Below are positions 1 to 11,240 of a DNA stretch of 64,000 bases, piece after piece (the first letter of the stretch is position 1; each line of letters opens with the position of its first letter). A program made the position numbers and the translations under genes. The stretch is from Hormiphora californensis (taxonomy: Eukaryota; Animalia; Ctenophora): NCBI GenBank assembly GCA_020137815.1, contig CM035358.1, forward strand, positions 4,526,001 through 4,590,000, given 5' to 3'. The notes beneath the pieces were generated by a model, which saw only the letters and a list, made by a program, of their open reading frames with translations, made no database searches and was not told where the DNA came from.

Positions 1-1213
1 ACCAACCGAGACTCTAAAAGATCTGGAACTCAGGTAGCTCTTAAACCATTGAAGAGGATCACCATCCACTCCAAACCGTTTCTGCAACACCTCCAACAAC
101 TTTTCATGATCCACCGTATCAAATGCGGCACTCATGTCCAAACAGATCAGAGCAACAACATTTCCTTTATCCATCTCACCTAATACATCATCAAACATGC
201 TGGCTAACAGAGTTTCGCAACTGTGACCAGCACGATAACCGGATTGATGCTTGCCCAGAAGTGAATTGCTTTCAAGGTACTCATTCAGCTGCGTGAGCAC
301 CACCTTTTCTAGAAGCTTAGAAAGGAATGGGATATTTGAGACAGGACGATAGTTACTGAGAGCTTCCCTATCTCCGTACAGATTCTTGATGGTAGGAAAC
401 ACGATAGCTTTCTGGAGAGATTCCGCAACTGTAGACTGATGTAGAGATTGGTTTACCATCGATGTTAATACCGGAGCAAGATCCCTAATGCACTCCTTTA
501 CTACCCAAGTGGGCAACGGATCAAGGTCACAATGTTTGCTTGACATAGACTTCACCACCTTAACAAGTTCCTCCTCCGATATCTCTTTGAATTCCTTCCA
601 TGTTGAATGACAGGCTTTTCCGGGTTCCTCAAAGTCGCCAGCTTGCCTCTGCTCCTCATTGACTTGGGTTCGAATTTTTTCCACTTTGGAACTAAAGAAC
701 TGGGAGAAATCATCTGCCAAGTTCTTGGTGTTTGTTGTTTCAGGAAGAATTGTTTCAGCTTTTCCAAGGAGTTTCTGGAGCTTACTTTGCAATTTCTTTG
801 GGTCACCTTTGGCAGCAACCAAGTCCTCTTTAATGAAAAGTGACCTCTTTTCCCTATCCATCTTTCCATACAGTTTCTTCAGGTCATTAAATCTCCGTTT
901 CGCATCCACAGTTCCAAGTTTCCGCCAACACCGTTCTGCATTCCTCCTCTCTCGAAGTAATCCTCTAAGTTCCTCATCCCTCCATGGCTTAAACTTTTTA
1001 CCAGTCCTCACCCGTTTCCTCGGTACTCGCTTCTCCACTATACCTTCCAGCCAACGATAGAAATTCACCACGCCCTCCTCTGGATCCCTACCTCCTTCAA
1101 AATCTGCCTTCCGCAAGTCCTCTTTAAATCCTTCCAAATCCACTGACTTGTAATCCATGTATTCTCGATGCACTGATTTCTTCAGACAGGAGTTCGACAG
1201 GTCAGGTCTCACT
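1..1213 (-). mobile_element. LINE (CR1/L2-like) ORF2 fragment with reverse transcriptase, runs off the window edge
   Basis: Minus-strand frame reads KHCDLDPLPTWVVKEC...NYRPVSNIPFLSKLLEKVV...HQSGYRAGHSCET...VVALICLDMSAAFDTVDH, the conserved early RT motifs of non-LTR elements. The upstream part stops next to Helitron-like insertions. Confidence 0.9.
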
Positions 1214-1257
1214 TGAATTTACCTGATAAATTTACTGATTTTAAAAATTTCAAATGA

Positions 1258-1569
1258 CTAGCGCACCCATTGGGTGCGCCTCAAGTAAGGCCTTTTTGAT
1301 AACCCAACCGGCGAAGCCGGGTGGTTCTTTTCGCCCCTTTCAACGTTAATAACACGGTTACCATGGCAACTGAATTGGTAACTATGGGGACTGGCATGTT
1401 AAAAGTCATTCGAATATATATTAACAAACTTCCATTGGAACATCCAAAAGTGTGAACAGCAGCTTTACAGCTTTGGTCATATGAAGTGTTTTATGAAGGA
1501 GCAGTCTGTCGCTTAGATACCGCCTAACGAACGACCACTTCGACGTTCATCTCCAAATTATAATAGAGA
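1258..1569 (-). mobile_element. Non-autonomous Helitron-like element
   Basis: On the minus strand it begins A|TCTCTATTATA and ends with hairpin GCGCACCCAATGGGTGCGC followed by CTAG|T; no TSD. These are canonical Helitron termini. Confidence 0.65.
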
Positions 1570-1614
1570 TACTACACTATTTGCTTAGTTTACTGTATGA
1601 TCATTGACCATCCC

Positions 1615-1648
1615 CGACATTCGCCCGTAGGGCGAGCGGGCTTACTAG
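1615..1648 (+). mobile_element. Helitron-like 3' terminus
   Basis: Hairpin TCGCCCGTAGGGCGA followed by GCGGGCTTACTAG|T; nearly the same terminus occurs at 33968-33996. Confidence 0.55.
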
Positions 1649-2208
1649 TTAGAGAGAAATGGAGGAAAGAATATAACGTAATAGAACGTAAGGATGTGCA
1701 ATTTGGCTACAGACATACGAGATACAGGAGATTTACACTGTCTGCAGACAGCGCCAGACCCCGTTTTAATTCTTGACAGTGCGTATAGCACAATATATTG
1801 TTGTCAACAAACAATATACCATGTTATCTCGGAACTCTTTCGTGAGCTGCCAGGCCAATGCTCTGACCACAGTTCTCATTGAAATAAATGAGAATAGGCC
1901 AATGCTCTGACAGTTCGTGAGAGAGCAGAGAGGTGTGTGGAGAATTAGGGCACAAAGAAATCAGAATAATACCAGCATAATTAGGAACAATGTCCCCCAA
2001 TCAGATGGAACCTAACAAGATTTCAGAATTTTAATTTAACAAAAGGATCCAGCATTTCAATGCACGACATATTAATTGAATGTCAATGTATATTAATTGA
2101 ATATCAATGAATATTCAATAAATTCATGCTATAGAAACATTTGTCAGATAGGAATCTTTAGATGTATTATCCATTGCTTTAATTAGAGCCCGATTTATTA
2201 TTCATTGC

Positions 2209-2949
2209 TTTAATTAGAGCCCTCCCGATGGGAAGGCAAACCAAAAGGAAGTGTTACCGGCCTCCGAAGAGAGCCAGTTGAACACTAGAACTCAGCTTAC
2301 CTCAAATTAATTTGTTTAAAGTAGTGTTGAAAAGTTTGAAACTGCTGATGGACTGCTGGACTGGCCTCCCAACTCACACTATACTACAAACTCGGTGCAG
2401 GTAACTTCTCCCAGTATGGAATAATACGGCTTATAGCTGTCACGAGAGAGCCATGTGATTGCTCTATCGCTTCTCTGTGCTCGCCAAGATAGACATGTGA
2501 CGCCCACGTGACAGAATGGGATAATGTGATTGTGTGAACATCATATCACATGCGTGTCACGCTTGCTCTCTAGGAAGCACGTGACAGCTAAATGGACACA
2601 TGTTTCCTAGAGAGGGGAGGTTCGCACAATCATATTATCCCATTCTGTCACGTGGGCATCACATGTCTATCTTGGCGAGCACAGAGAAGCGATAGAGCAA
2701 TCACATGGCTCTCTCGTGACAGCTATAAGCCGTATTATTCCATACTGGGAGAAGTTACCTGCACAGAGTTTGTAGTATAGTGTGAGTTGGGAGGCCAGTC
2801 CAGGAGTCCATCAGCAGTTTCAAACTTTTCAACACTACTTTAAACAAATTAATTTGAGGTAAGCTGAGTTCTAGTGTTCAATTGGCTCTCTTCGGAGGCC
2901 GGTAACACTTCCTTTTGGTTTGCCTTCCCATCGGGAGGGCTCTAATTAA
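2209..2949. mobile_element. Foldback/palindromic element (~740 bp)
   Basis: TAATTAGAGCCCTCCCGATGGG... at the left is the near-perfect reverse complement of ...CCCATCGGGAGGGCTCTAATTA at the right; arms exceed 300 bp. Confidence 0.8.
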
Positions 2950-3169
2950 AACAAATGTTAACATTAACTGTAGAAGTAACTCCCCGTCATAATACGCTAG
3001 AACGACGAACTTTCTAAAAAATTGTTTGGCCAGGACGGAGAGAGACTCGTGGATACAATAACTTGTAGATTTTTCCAAAATTATTCTCTAAAAGATGCCA
3101 TGCTATCAGCTTGATCGAAGCTGTCCAACTAATATTTTTCGATTTTCTTCCCTTACTGCAGTACAACAT

Positions 3170-3330
3170 ATGAATGGGGAAATCTCGCACATACACGGGT
3201 AGATCTCGCTTAAGGAGAGATTGATTGACTATTCTGAATAATGAGATCTGTATAAGGTTCAGATCTCATAATTCAGAATAGTCAATCAATCTCTCCTACC
3301 CGTGTATGTGTGATATCTCCCCATTCATCT
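3170..3330. repeat. Palindromic dispersed repeat (related copy at ~12835-13030)
   Basis: Inverted arms GGAGAGATTGATTGACTATTCTGAATAATGAGATCTG / CAGATCTCATAATTCAGAATAGTCAATCAATCTCTCC; shares CCCGTGTATGTGTGA...TTGTACAGAGGGCGT with the 12.9-kb copy. Confidence 0.6.
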
Positions 3331-3825
3331 GTAATTACATTGTACAGAGGGCGTATGTCACGTACGCCCTCTGTACAACAGATTGGTGGCGCCGTCACCT
3401 CTTTAGACAACTCATCCCGCTACACGGGCTTCGTTTTGGCGCACGAGTTGTAAGGGTGACTGGGTCACCAATACAACAGATGTGTGTGTATCAGCACCAG
3501 GAGGAGATATTAAAATTATGTACTTCATAAGCATACTACTCCATCAAAAACATTTACCTGCAGACCCTCCCTCGTGTCACACACAGTAACGAGCTGCTCC
3601 TTCATAAACCACTTCATTGACACGTTTTCAGTCAAATTACCTGTGCAGTACATCCCCCCTGCAGCAGTGCCATGTTGAGTAGAGGGTGCCATGTCAACCG
3701 GTGCCAGTTTAGCTTGCCAGTGTGAAATGCTGTCCTGCGGAGAAGTGATAATATTATAATATCATAATATCACAGCTCTGTCTCACATCTGAAGAAAATG
3801 GGATATTTTTAGTTATGATATTGAG

Positions 3826-4002
3826 CAGGAACCGACCGAAACAGGAAATACTGGTCCCTGATTGGCTGATAACCAGTCACGTGACCTAAATAACGAGTTC
3901 TGATTGGTTGTTTACCTGTCAGAGCATTGGCCTGACGGAGCACGCGAGAACTGTGGTCAGAGCATTGGCCTGACAGTTGTTTACTTGTTTCGGTCGGTTC
4001 CT
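3826..4002. mobile_element. 109-bp hAT-like MITE copy carrying a nested 61-bp mini-element
   Basis: CAGGAACCGACC...GGTCGGTTCCT termini. Insert 3916-3976 has CTGTCAG...CTGACAG ends and an 8-bp TSD TTGTTTAC. Confidence 0.85.
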
Positions 4003-4080
4003 TATTTGGGCACGTCGCGCCCCTCATGTTCGCGTGCAAGTTCCTTGAGTTATCTACATCTACACATGATCTACATGTTA

Positions 4081-5059
4081 GGCCAGTCGTATGACGTTTA
4101 TTTCTGGACATAAAAGTTGTAAATCTAATTCCACTTCTATTGCACTCTAATAGGTCCCTAGAAACACCACAAAAACAGCCCGGTCGGTACGTGGTGGAGA
4201 ACTTGCCTTAATTGGGCCTAATTGGTTACAGGGTATTTTCAGCCTGAAGCCAAAACAATAAGTACCCTTAGAATAGGAGTAGAGAAAAAACCAAGGGCAT
4301 TAAAGTGATCAGCGTCCTCGCATTAGTGGGGGTAGGTGCTGGAATTAAGTCTCTATCTCATCTGGTTAATTAGATAATTGGATAATTAGATCTGCACATA
4401 GCCGTTTTTGGCCATATGGCTATAGCCACGTAAAAATGGTTTAGAGACTTTTCGCTGGTGCCATTTTGTAGGCAATGGCCAAGTTATGGGGGGTCGACGT
4501 CGTACTTTTAAGCTCTATCTCCAACCGCTTATCCGTTATTTGACTTTAAAAGTGCTCAAAATGAGCAAAAAAACGGTAAAAAGCCCGATTTTTAGCACAT
4601 TTAAAGCCGAATAACGGCTAAACGGTTGGAGATAGAGCTTAAAAGTCCGACGTCGACCCCCCATAACATGGCCATTGCCTACAAAATGGCACCAGTGAAA
4701 AGTCTCTAAACCATTCCTAAGTGGCTGTAGCCATATAGCCAAAAAACGGTTATGCGCATAACTAATTATCCAATTATCTAATTAACCTGATGAGATAGAG
4801 ACTTAATTCCAGCACCTACCCCCACTTTAATGCCCTTGGTTTTTTCTCTACTCCTATTCTAAGGGTACTTATGGTTTTGGCTTCAGGCTGAAAATACCCT
4901 GTAACCAATTAGGCCCAATTAAGGCAAGTTCTCCACCACGTACCGACCGGGCTGTTTTTGTGGTGTTTCTAGGGACCTATTAGAGTGCAATAGAAGTGGA
5001 ATTAGATTTACAATTTTTATGTCCATTTTTTATCTAAATCAGACGTCATACGACTGGCC
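4081..5059. mobile_element. Foldback element (~980 bp)
   Basis: TA|GGCCAGTCGTATGACG...CGTCATACGACTGGCC|TA with long near-perfect inverted arms. Confidence 0.8.
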
Positions 5060-5154
5060 TATGTAGCTACATGATCTGGAAGACTAAACATATAGTTGAG
5101 TAGAGCTCGTTTTTAATCGTGTAAGAGAGATGACAGACCTATATCTTTATTTTT

Positions 5155-5719
5155 GGGGGGGGGGGTCCAGCCCTTAAAAAAGCTAAGCAATCGGCCAAAA
5201 TCAGGGTACCTTTAGCTTTTTTTAGCTTTTTTAGCCTTTTTTAGCTTTTTCTAGGCTAAAAAAAGCTAAAAAAAAGAAGCTAAAATTGAGTTTTTAGTGG
5301 ATTCATATAGGTTCGAATCCCGCTGACGCCAAATTTTTTAAACTTTTATTATAACGTTTTATAATGTTTTTTGAACTTTTTTAAAACTATTTTTATCAAA
5401 TTTGAATAATATTTTTATCGAAAAAATGTCTCCAGAAAACGGCAGTAGGGGTGGATACAGAAATTGCTATGTATGGACATAAACGGTAGATTATGGTAAA
5501 AAAATGTGCAGGAAATGAACAAATGCAGTCAATAGACGTCCGGAAGGATGAAAATTCAATGGAAAAGTGTCAAGATGAATGCTGAAAAAACATAAAAAGT
5601 AGGGCTAAAAAAAGCTAAAAAAAAGCTAAAAAAAGCTAAAAAAAGCCAACATAAAAAAAGCTATCGACCAAAATCAGGGTACCTTTAGCTTTTTTAGGGC
5701 TGGACCCCCCCCCCCCCCC
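5155..5719. mobile_element. Non-autonomous DNA transposon with poly-G/poly-C termini and 6-bp TSD (copy 1)
   Basis: G-run+TCCAGCCC...GGGCTGGA+C-run; TSD ATTTTT on both sides; subterminal AAAAAAGCT repeats; second copy at 13581-15022. Confidence 0.85.
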
Positions 5720-5813
5720 ATTTTTGGATTTTTTATTAGCCTGCCGACAACAAGTGACGGGTCACCTTCATATTTTCCGAAAATTCGAGTAAATCATTTC
5801 GCAAAAATAGGTA

Positions 5814-6562
5814 GGGTAAGCTGGGGTAAAAGTGGCCCACTTTTAACGTTTTAGGTTCTAAAATACGCAATTTATACAGCAGGAAGAAAAAATTATATAG
5901 GCTATCCAATGAAACCTTTTCCTTTCAGCCGAGCTAAATTTTAACATCTACAAGTTTTATTTAATGGGTTAATTAATCAATTCAAATAATTTGGTGAGGC
6001 GTTTTTTGGAAAATTTGCACCGGGGCAAAGTAGCCCAAGCCAATAGCATTGCTCGATTTTATCACGTGCCTGGTGTTGTTAGACGAAACGATCAAACTAG
6101 GGGCAAAGTGGCCCATGTTCTGCACCGGAACATGGGCCACTTTGCCCCTAATTTGATCGTCTGTACTACATTTTTGTGCATTCCAATATCACGTGGTATT
6201 GCAGGCGCCATTTCATTGGTCCTAGAGGTGGGCCACTTTGCCCCAGACCGGACCACTTTGCCCCGGAGAGTGGGCCATATTTGCCCCGATTTCACAAAAT
6301 TGACAATTAGGACAACAAAAATGCCAATTTCTTCAAAACGTTTTAGAGAATTATAAAGCCTAACTGGCAGTTTTTGCAAAATTAAAATCGGCCAACCCAA
6401 ACAGAAATGACAGCAGTTTTAAAGCGAAAATTCGGAACAGAACGAGCAGGTCTCCGCTGGAGAAAAAGTCACGTGACCACATGTAATAACTAGGGCCACT
6501 TTGCCCCATACATGGGCCACTTTACCCCGCGGGGCCGCGGGCCATTTCACCCCAGCTTACCC
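5814..6562. mobile_element. MITE with GGGTAAGCTGGGGT TIRs and TA flanks
   Basis: TA|GGGTAAGCTGGGGT...ACCCCAGCTTACCC|TA; internal GGGCCACTTTGCCCC repeats. Confidence 0.7.
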
Positions 6563-6679
6563 TAATCACCAAAACAATATCATTCCGCCACCACTGATAC
6601 GAATTATCCCAGACTGAATTATGGAATTATATTACATACTATGTACTCTACAGACTAAAAGCCCACTAAAAGTAGACCT

Positions 6680-7370
6680 ACATGAATGGCTTCGCATTCC
6701 CAGACTGTCACTATCAGGCCAAGTAGTATGTTGATAGTATGTAGTACATAGTACTACTAGAAGCGGGGGAGGGGCTTATTGGTTGGACGCCATGCCAATA
6801 AGGGGGTGGGTAGTACCCAGTGTCACCCCCTTATTGGCATGGCGTCTGGGTACCCGGTCGCTTGTAGTGGGAAAACGGTAATGGAAAACGGAGATACGAT
6901 ATTCTGGCCAATCAGTGCACTAGTACGTGCTGACAAATGCACTTTTTGCCACGCGTTATGCAAAGTGTGCGTCTCATTACTGTAATTCCATTACGGTAAT
7001 GCGACTACAAGCGGTAGTGGGTACCCAGACGGTGGCTTACCAATAAGGATTAAGCTTTCCAGCGCCAATTTTATGTGTAAAACGCGCAACAGGGTCTAGA
7101 TTTAGAGCTCTGTTGCGCGTTCTGGGGCCATAAACACGGCATCTCGCGAGCTGACCGGAATTGACCCCATAGTGCATGGCGTCCAACCGATAAGGTCATG
7201 AACCCCCTCCCCGGTAGAAGTACTACTATAAAAGTGCCTAGGCTTGTCTGAAAATGGAATTATATTGTGAGATTAGTTATCGGGGAACTGTCACTGACAG
7301 TCTGGGAATGGCAGCGAAGCAACGCATCTATTACTATATGAATGGCTTCGCATTCCCCGACTGTCAAAAG
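6680..7370. mobile_element. Nest of small inverted-repeat elements
   Basis: Outer GCTTCGCATTCCCAGACTGTCA inverted pair; inner CGCTTGTAGT...ACTACAAGCG element (~6859-7013) with an inverted relative at ~15872-16046. Confidence 0.6.
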
Positions 7371-7394
7371 TATCAAAAGTAAGTATATCTCTCC

Positions 7395-7420
7395 ATCTCT
7401 CTCTCTCTTTTTCTCTCTCT

Positions 7421-7467
<47 letters not shown>

Positions 7468-7600
7468 CTCTCTTCTATTCTCGCTCTCTCTCTCTCTCTC
7501 TCTCTCTCCTCTTCTCCTCTCTCTCTCTCTCTTCTTCTCTCCTCTCTCTCTCTCTCTTCTCTCCTCTCTCTCTCTCAGCTTTCTCTCTCCCTCTCTTTTC
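7395..7600. repeat. (CT)n microsatellite
   Basis: Direct sequence. Confidence 0.95.
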
Positions 7601-7647
7601 GCAGTATATAAAGCATCGACCGGCAGGGTTTATTCAATACTCAAGTC

Positions 7648-9366
7648 ATGTCTCTACCTTTGTTGCTAGTACTTTTGCTGGGTGCCCATGTGTCCCATAC
7701 ACGATCCCTAACGGACTTCGATGCAGTTTGGCACCTTGGGATGAACTTAAACCCTGCTGATGGCCATATCATGTACTACGGAGAGGGTTGGCACACCGGA
7801 ACCCCGATCGGAACTAACGAAACAGCCCTCTCAATGGATTACCTTGACCATTATGTGTGGAAGGAGCCTGCCGACTACATTGCTATCGTGAGGCACCAGC
7901 ACGGAGTGGCAGATGCCGTCAAGGTGTTCCAGTTCAGGTAAGGGCGTTCTGGTATAGGTGATTTGTTGAAACCCTAGAAATTAGTATAATAGAGCCCTAA
8001 CATCCAGACAACTCTAACACTAATAAGACGCAGTGGATTCTAGTATCCGGCCTATCGGCCGAATTCCAAAGTTCATAGGAAATCCTATGAGAGAGATGTG
8101 CACTTGTCAGCGCAGGATTTCATATTAGTTTCGCGTGCACGTAAGGTCTGTACCATAACATTTACCCTACACTTTCAGGTACTGGGGATTGAGCCTGTTG
8201 GAAAGGTTTAAAGATATGAACCCAGGAAGAAGGGTAGTAACAGAGGGAGGTCCCGTACAGGAGGAGGTGTCCTGGGACGCTGAAAACATACAAGATGATC
8301 CCATATTTGGTGTGGGAGGGGACTTGGCCTTTAAAGTAAGAGTGGCGCACCGTGTTTTCTCACAAAACTTAGTGGATGAACGGGGAGTACCACCAGGACC
8401 ATTGGTACGGTATCGAAAATTTACAATTCTGTCTCGTTCATTAGTTATGACGTAATATGTTCATTATTTCAACTTTCATAAAATCGCTCTACAGAAAAAT
8501 CTGTGCATTGTGGATTGAAATGGATGCTTGCATCGTGTTCAGCGTCAAAAAATAGTCGGGGTACCAAAATTTAGTGTCTCTACCTTGTGTGTGACGCGAG
8601 ATATTGACAAATATAAAAAACGACCAAAAGGAGAGAAAGAGAGTTTGTTACACTTGGGTGGCGCGCACAAACAACTAGCACCCAAAGATAACAATCTCTC
8701 TCTCACCCATTTTGGTCGTTTTTGATAATTGTCGATATCTCGCGTCACAGACAAGATAGAGACACCAAAATTTGGTACCCCGACTATTTTTTGACGCTGA
8801 ACACGATGCAAGCAATCATTTCAATCCACAATGCACAGATTTTTCTGTAGAGCGACTTTATGAAAGTTGAAATAATGAACATATTACGTCATAACTAATG
8901 AACGAGACAGAATTGGAAATTTTCGATACCGTACCAATGGTCCTGGTGGTACTCCCCGTTCATCCACTAAGTTTTGTGAGAAAACACGGCGCGCCACTCT
9001 TACTTTAACTGGGGCTACTATAACAACGGACATAGGATAGTACTGACTGGGGGACATCTTTCTGATATGGGAGTTGATGATGACAATACACACGGACTGG
9101 GAAATGACTATTGCTGTTATCCTTTAACAGGAATCACTGGATACAGTGGTGATTGCCAAAATGAGATATCCAATATTCAGGATTGCCCACACCCATCTTG
9201 TAAAGATGTCAGGATCCAGGGAACTGATCACGGTACTCACTCATATTTGAAGACAGGACCGGTCTATGGTAATTACGCCATCTACATCTCCAAGAATGTA
9301 AACCGATTCCCGCCTGTTGGCACAGAACTTTGTCTTGTTGTAAGAGGAACACGGAGTGTGAATTAG
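7648..9366 (+). pseudogene. Secreted protein gene (signal peptide, Cys-containing C-terminus) interrupted in exon 2 by a TTAA foldback element
   Basis: Exon 1 7648-7937 (MSLPLLLVLLLGAHVSHT...VFQF) ends at GTAAGG; exon 2 begins 8179 (YWGLSLLERF...GGDLAF). Removing 8335-9004 plus one TTAA restores ...DLAFNWGYYNNGHRIVLTGGHLSDMGVDDDNTHG... through the stop at 9366. Confidence 0.75.
8335..9004. mobile_element. 670-bp palindromic element with TTAA TSD (Kolobok-like termini)
   Basis: TTAA|AGTAAGAGTGGCGC...GCGCCACTCTTACT|TTAA; near-perfect foldback. TTAA TSD with purine-purine termini fits Kolobok. Confidence 0.8.
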
Positions 9367-9504
9367 AGACGGAATATTATAATTTGTGTGTGAGCAAGGT
9401 AAATTGGAAAGTACGTGTGAACAATTCATGTAGTTCTTTGACTTTTACAGTTTTAAAAACTGTTCAAAAACTTAAGAATTCGATATTTTTATTTCTTTGT
9501 TCAT

Positions 9505-10529
9505 TGGATGAGCATCTTACCCTGGAGAGGCAGGTGAACAATGTTAAGAGACAATGTGGACTGCAACTCAAGAACCTATGGCAACTCAATAAGTGTTTGG
9601 ATAATAGCACACGGATTCTTCTTGTGAAGCAATTAGTCATATCAAAGATAGACTACTGTAATATCCTGTACTTTGGACTTCCTAAACGGATTCTGAACAA
9701 CCTTCAAAAGGTTCTGAACTCCTGCGTACGGTTCATCTATAACTTGCGAGGACATCAGGATAGCTATGATGAGTATTTCAAGGAAGCTCATATCCTCCCA
9801 ATACAGCAGAGACTGACCTTCAAGGCCTGCCTGTTGGCGTACAAAATTGTACGTGGAACTGCTCCGGAGTATTTACAAGAACTGGTCCCTAGAGATGAGG
9901 ATATTCTGGATATGAGACCAACGAGGGCGAATTCAGTAATTGACTTCTACAAACTGAAATATCCTAAACTCTCGAGCGTTAATGCAAACTCTAAACTGAG
10001 GAGGAGGAGGGTTTCGGTGTTTCTACCGACAGTTTGGAACTCCTTGCCTTTGGACCTGAGATCTGTACACCCCATTGAGTTGTTCAAATCTAAGTTGAAG
10101 ACCAGACTTTTCCTTGAAGCGTTCCCAGCAACTACTCCTGAAGACTCCCGGTGTGGCGTCTGAGTTGTTCACCGGACTCCCCATCTGTCAGTAGGCGGTC
10201 TTGGGCGTGCTCACCATTCTCACTTAGGGCTTTTTTGTCAGTATTGTTGAGCTGCTGATAAGTGTGGGTTGTTGGCTTTGTCCCCTTTATTTAATAAAGT
10301 CTGTAATTTTTTCATCTTATCAGTTTTTTGAAAGTTATGTGACCAGTTATATTTTTAGTATATCTTCAATTAGGAGTGAGTTTTTTCCAAAGTGTGTAAG
10401 AATATAAGGATCTTTTTTGCGTTAGGTATACCGCTCTGAAGCTCGTCAGTGTCAGATACAGTTTGACTTGTCTGGCCCTGTCGTGTCTGTGGCGGTATAC
10501 AAAACTTGATATTATTATTATTATTATTA
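9505..10529 (+). mobile_element. 5'-truncated LINE (CR1/L2-like): RT C-terminus, 3' UTR and (ATT)n tail
   Basis: LDEHLTLERQVNNV...LVISKIDYCNILYFGLP...HILPIQQRLTFK...WNSLPLDLR...FKSKLKTRLF; 3' stem GTATACCGC/GCGGTATAC; ATT repeats at 10511-10528. Confidence 0.9.
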
Positions 10530-11240
10530 AAAAGTTAAAACGGTTCGGGTACTAAGCGAAATTGAATACTAATGGCTTCAATTATCAATAATCATTTCAT
10601 GGAAAAATATTTGTGTTTTGTTTGAATAACTTTTCCCACACTCGAAGGGATAGCGCGCACGATTCTCAACAACCGGGTACCCGCGCCCTACGTACCTTAG
10701 GACTCGGTGTCAGTGTGTGGTTCAAGGGTCCGATCTCAGATGATGTGGTTAGTTGGCGAAGTGGTTAGTTGGCGAAGTGGTTAGTTGGCGAAGTGTTCAT
10801 TCTGTTGGGTTATAATCGGCCCGGGTATCTACATTCTACAGTCAGAAAAGATAATTAAAATATTACGAAAATTGAAGTAACTGAGGAGAAAAGAGAAGTC
10901 GAATTAGCTGGGAGACTGATACAAAATGCCGCTAAATAAAACATAAAATAAATCATTTATCCTTTCTCACTACTCCCATAAGAATGTCGCGTGGAAAAAC
11001 CAGTATTGTTATATAATAGTGGGTCTATGTTGTGTGCAACGCCCCACACCAACCTTGCTGGCACGCTAAACTGTGCAACTTGATGTACAGTACAAAAAGC
11101 CTTCCTCGAGGAGGTTGTTGACTCTATTGAAGAAAAAATTTTTTTTTCAATAAATCAATCAATCTATAGTGGGTTTAATTCTTCCACCTGTAATTGTCCT
11201 AAGACATGCAACAAATAAAAAGAAGCTAAACAATCATGAC

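Noticed and set aside
552-1060. Listed short ORFs as independent genes or evidence of a LINE frameshift
   Set aside because: They are alternative frames of the LINE ORF2, whose own frame appears continuous to the window edge.
5310-5331. tRNA gene (GGTTCGAATCC...CCA; also ~13775)
   Set aside because: No D-arm, anticodon arm or 5' acceptor strand; it is only a fragment within a transposon.
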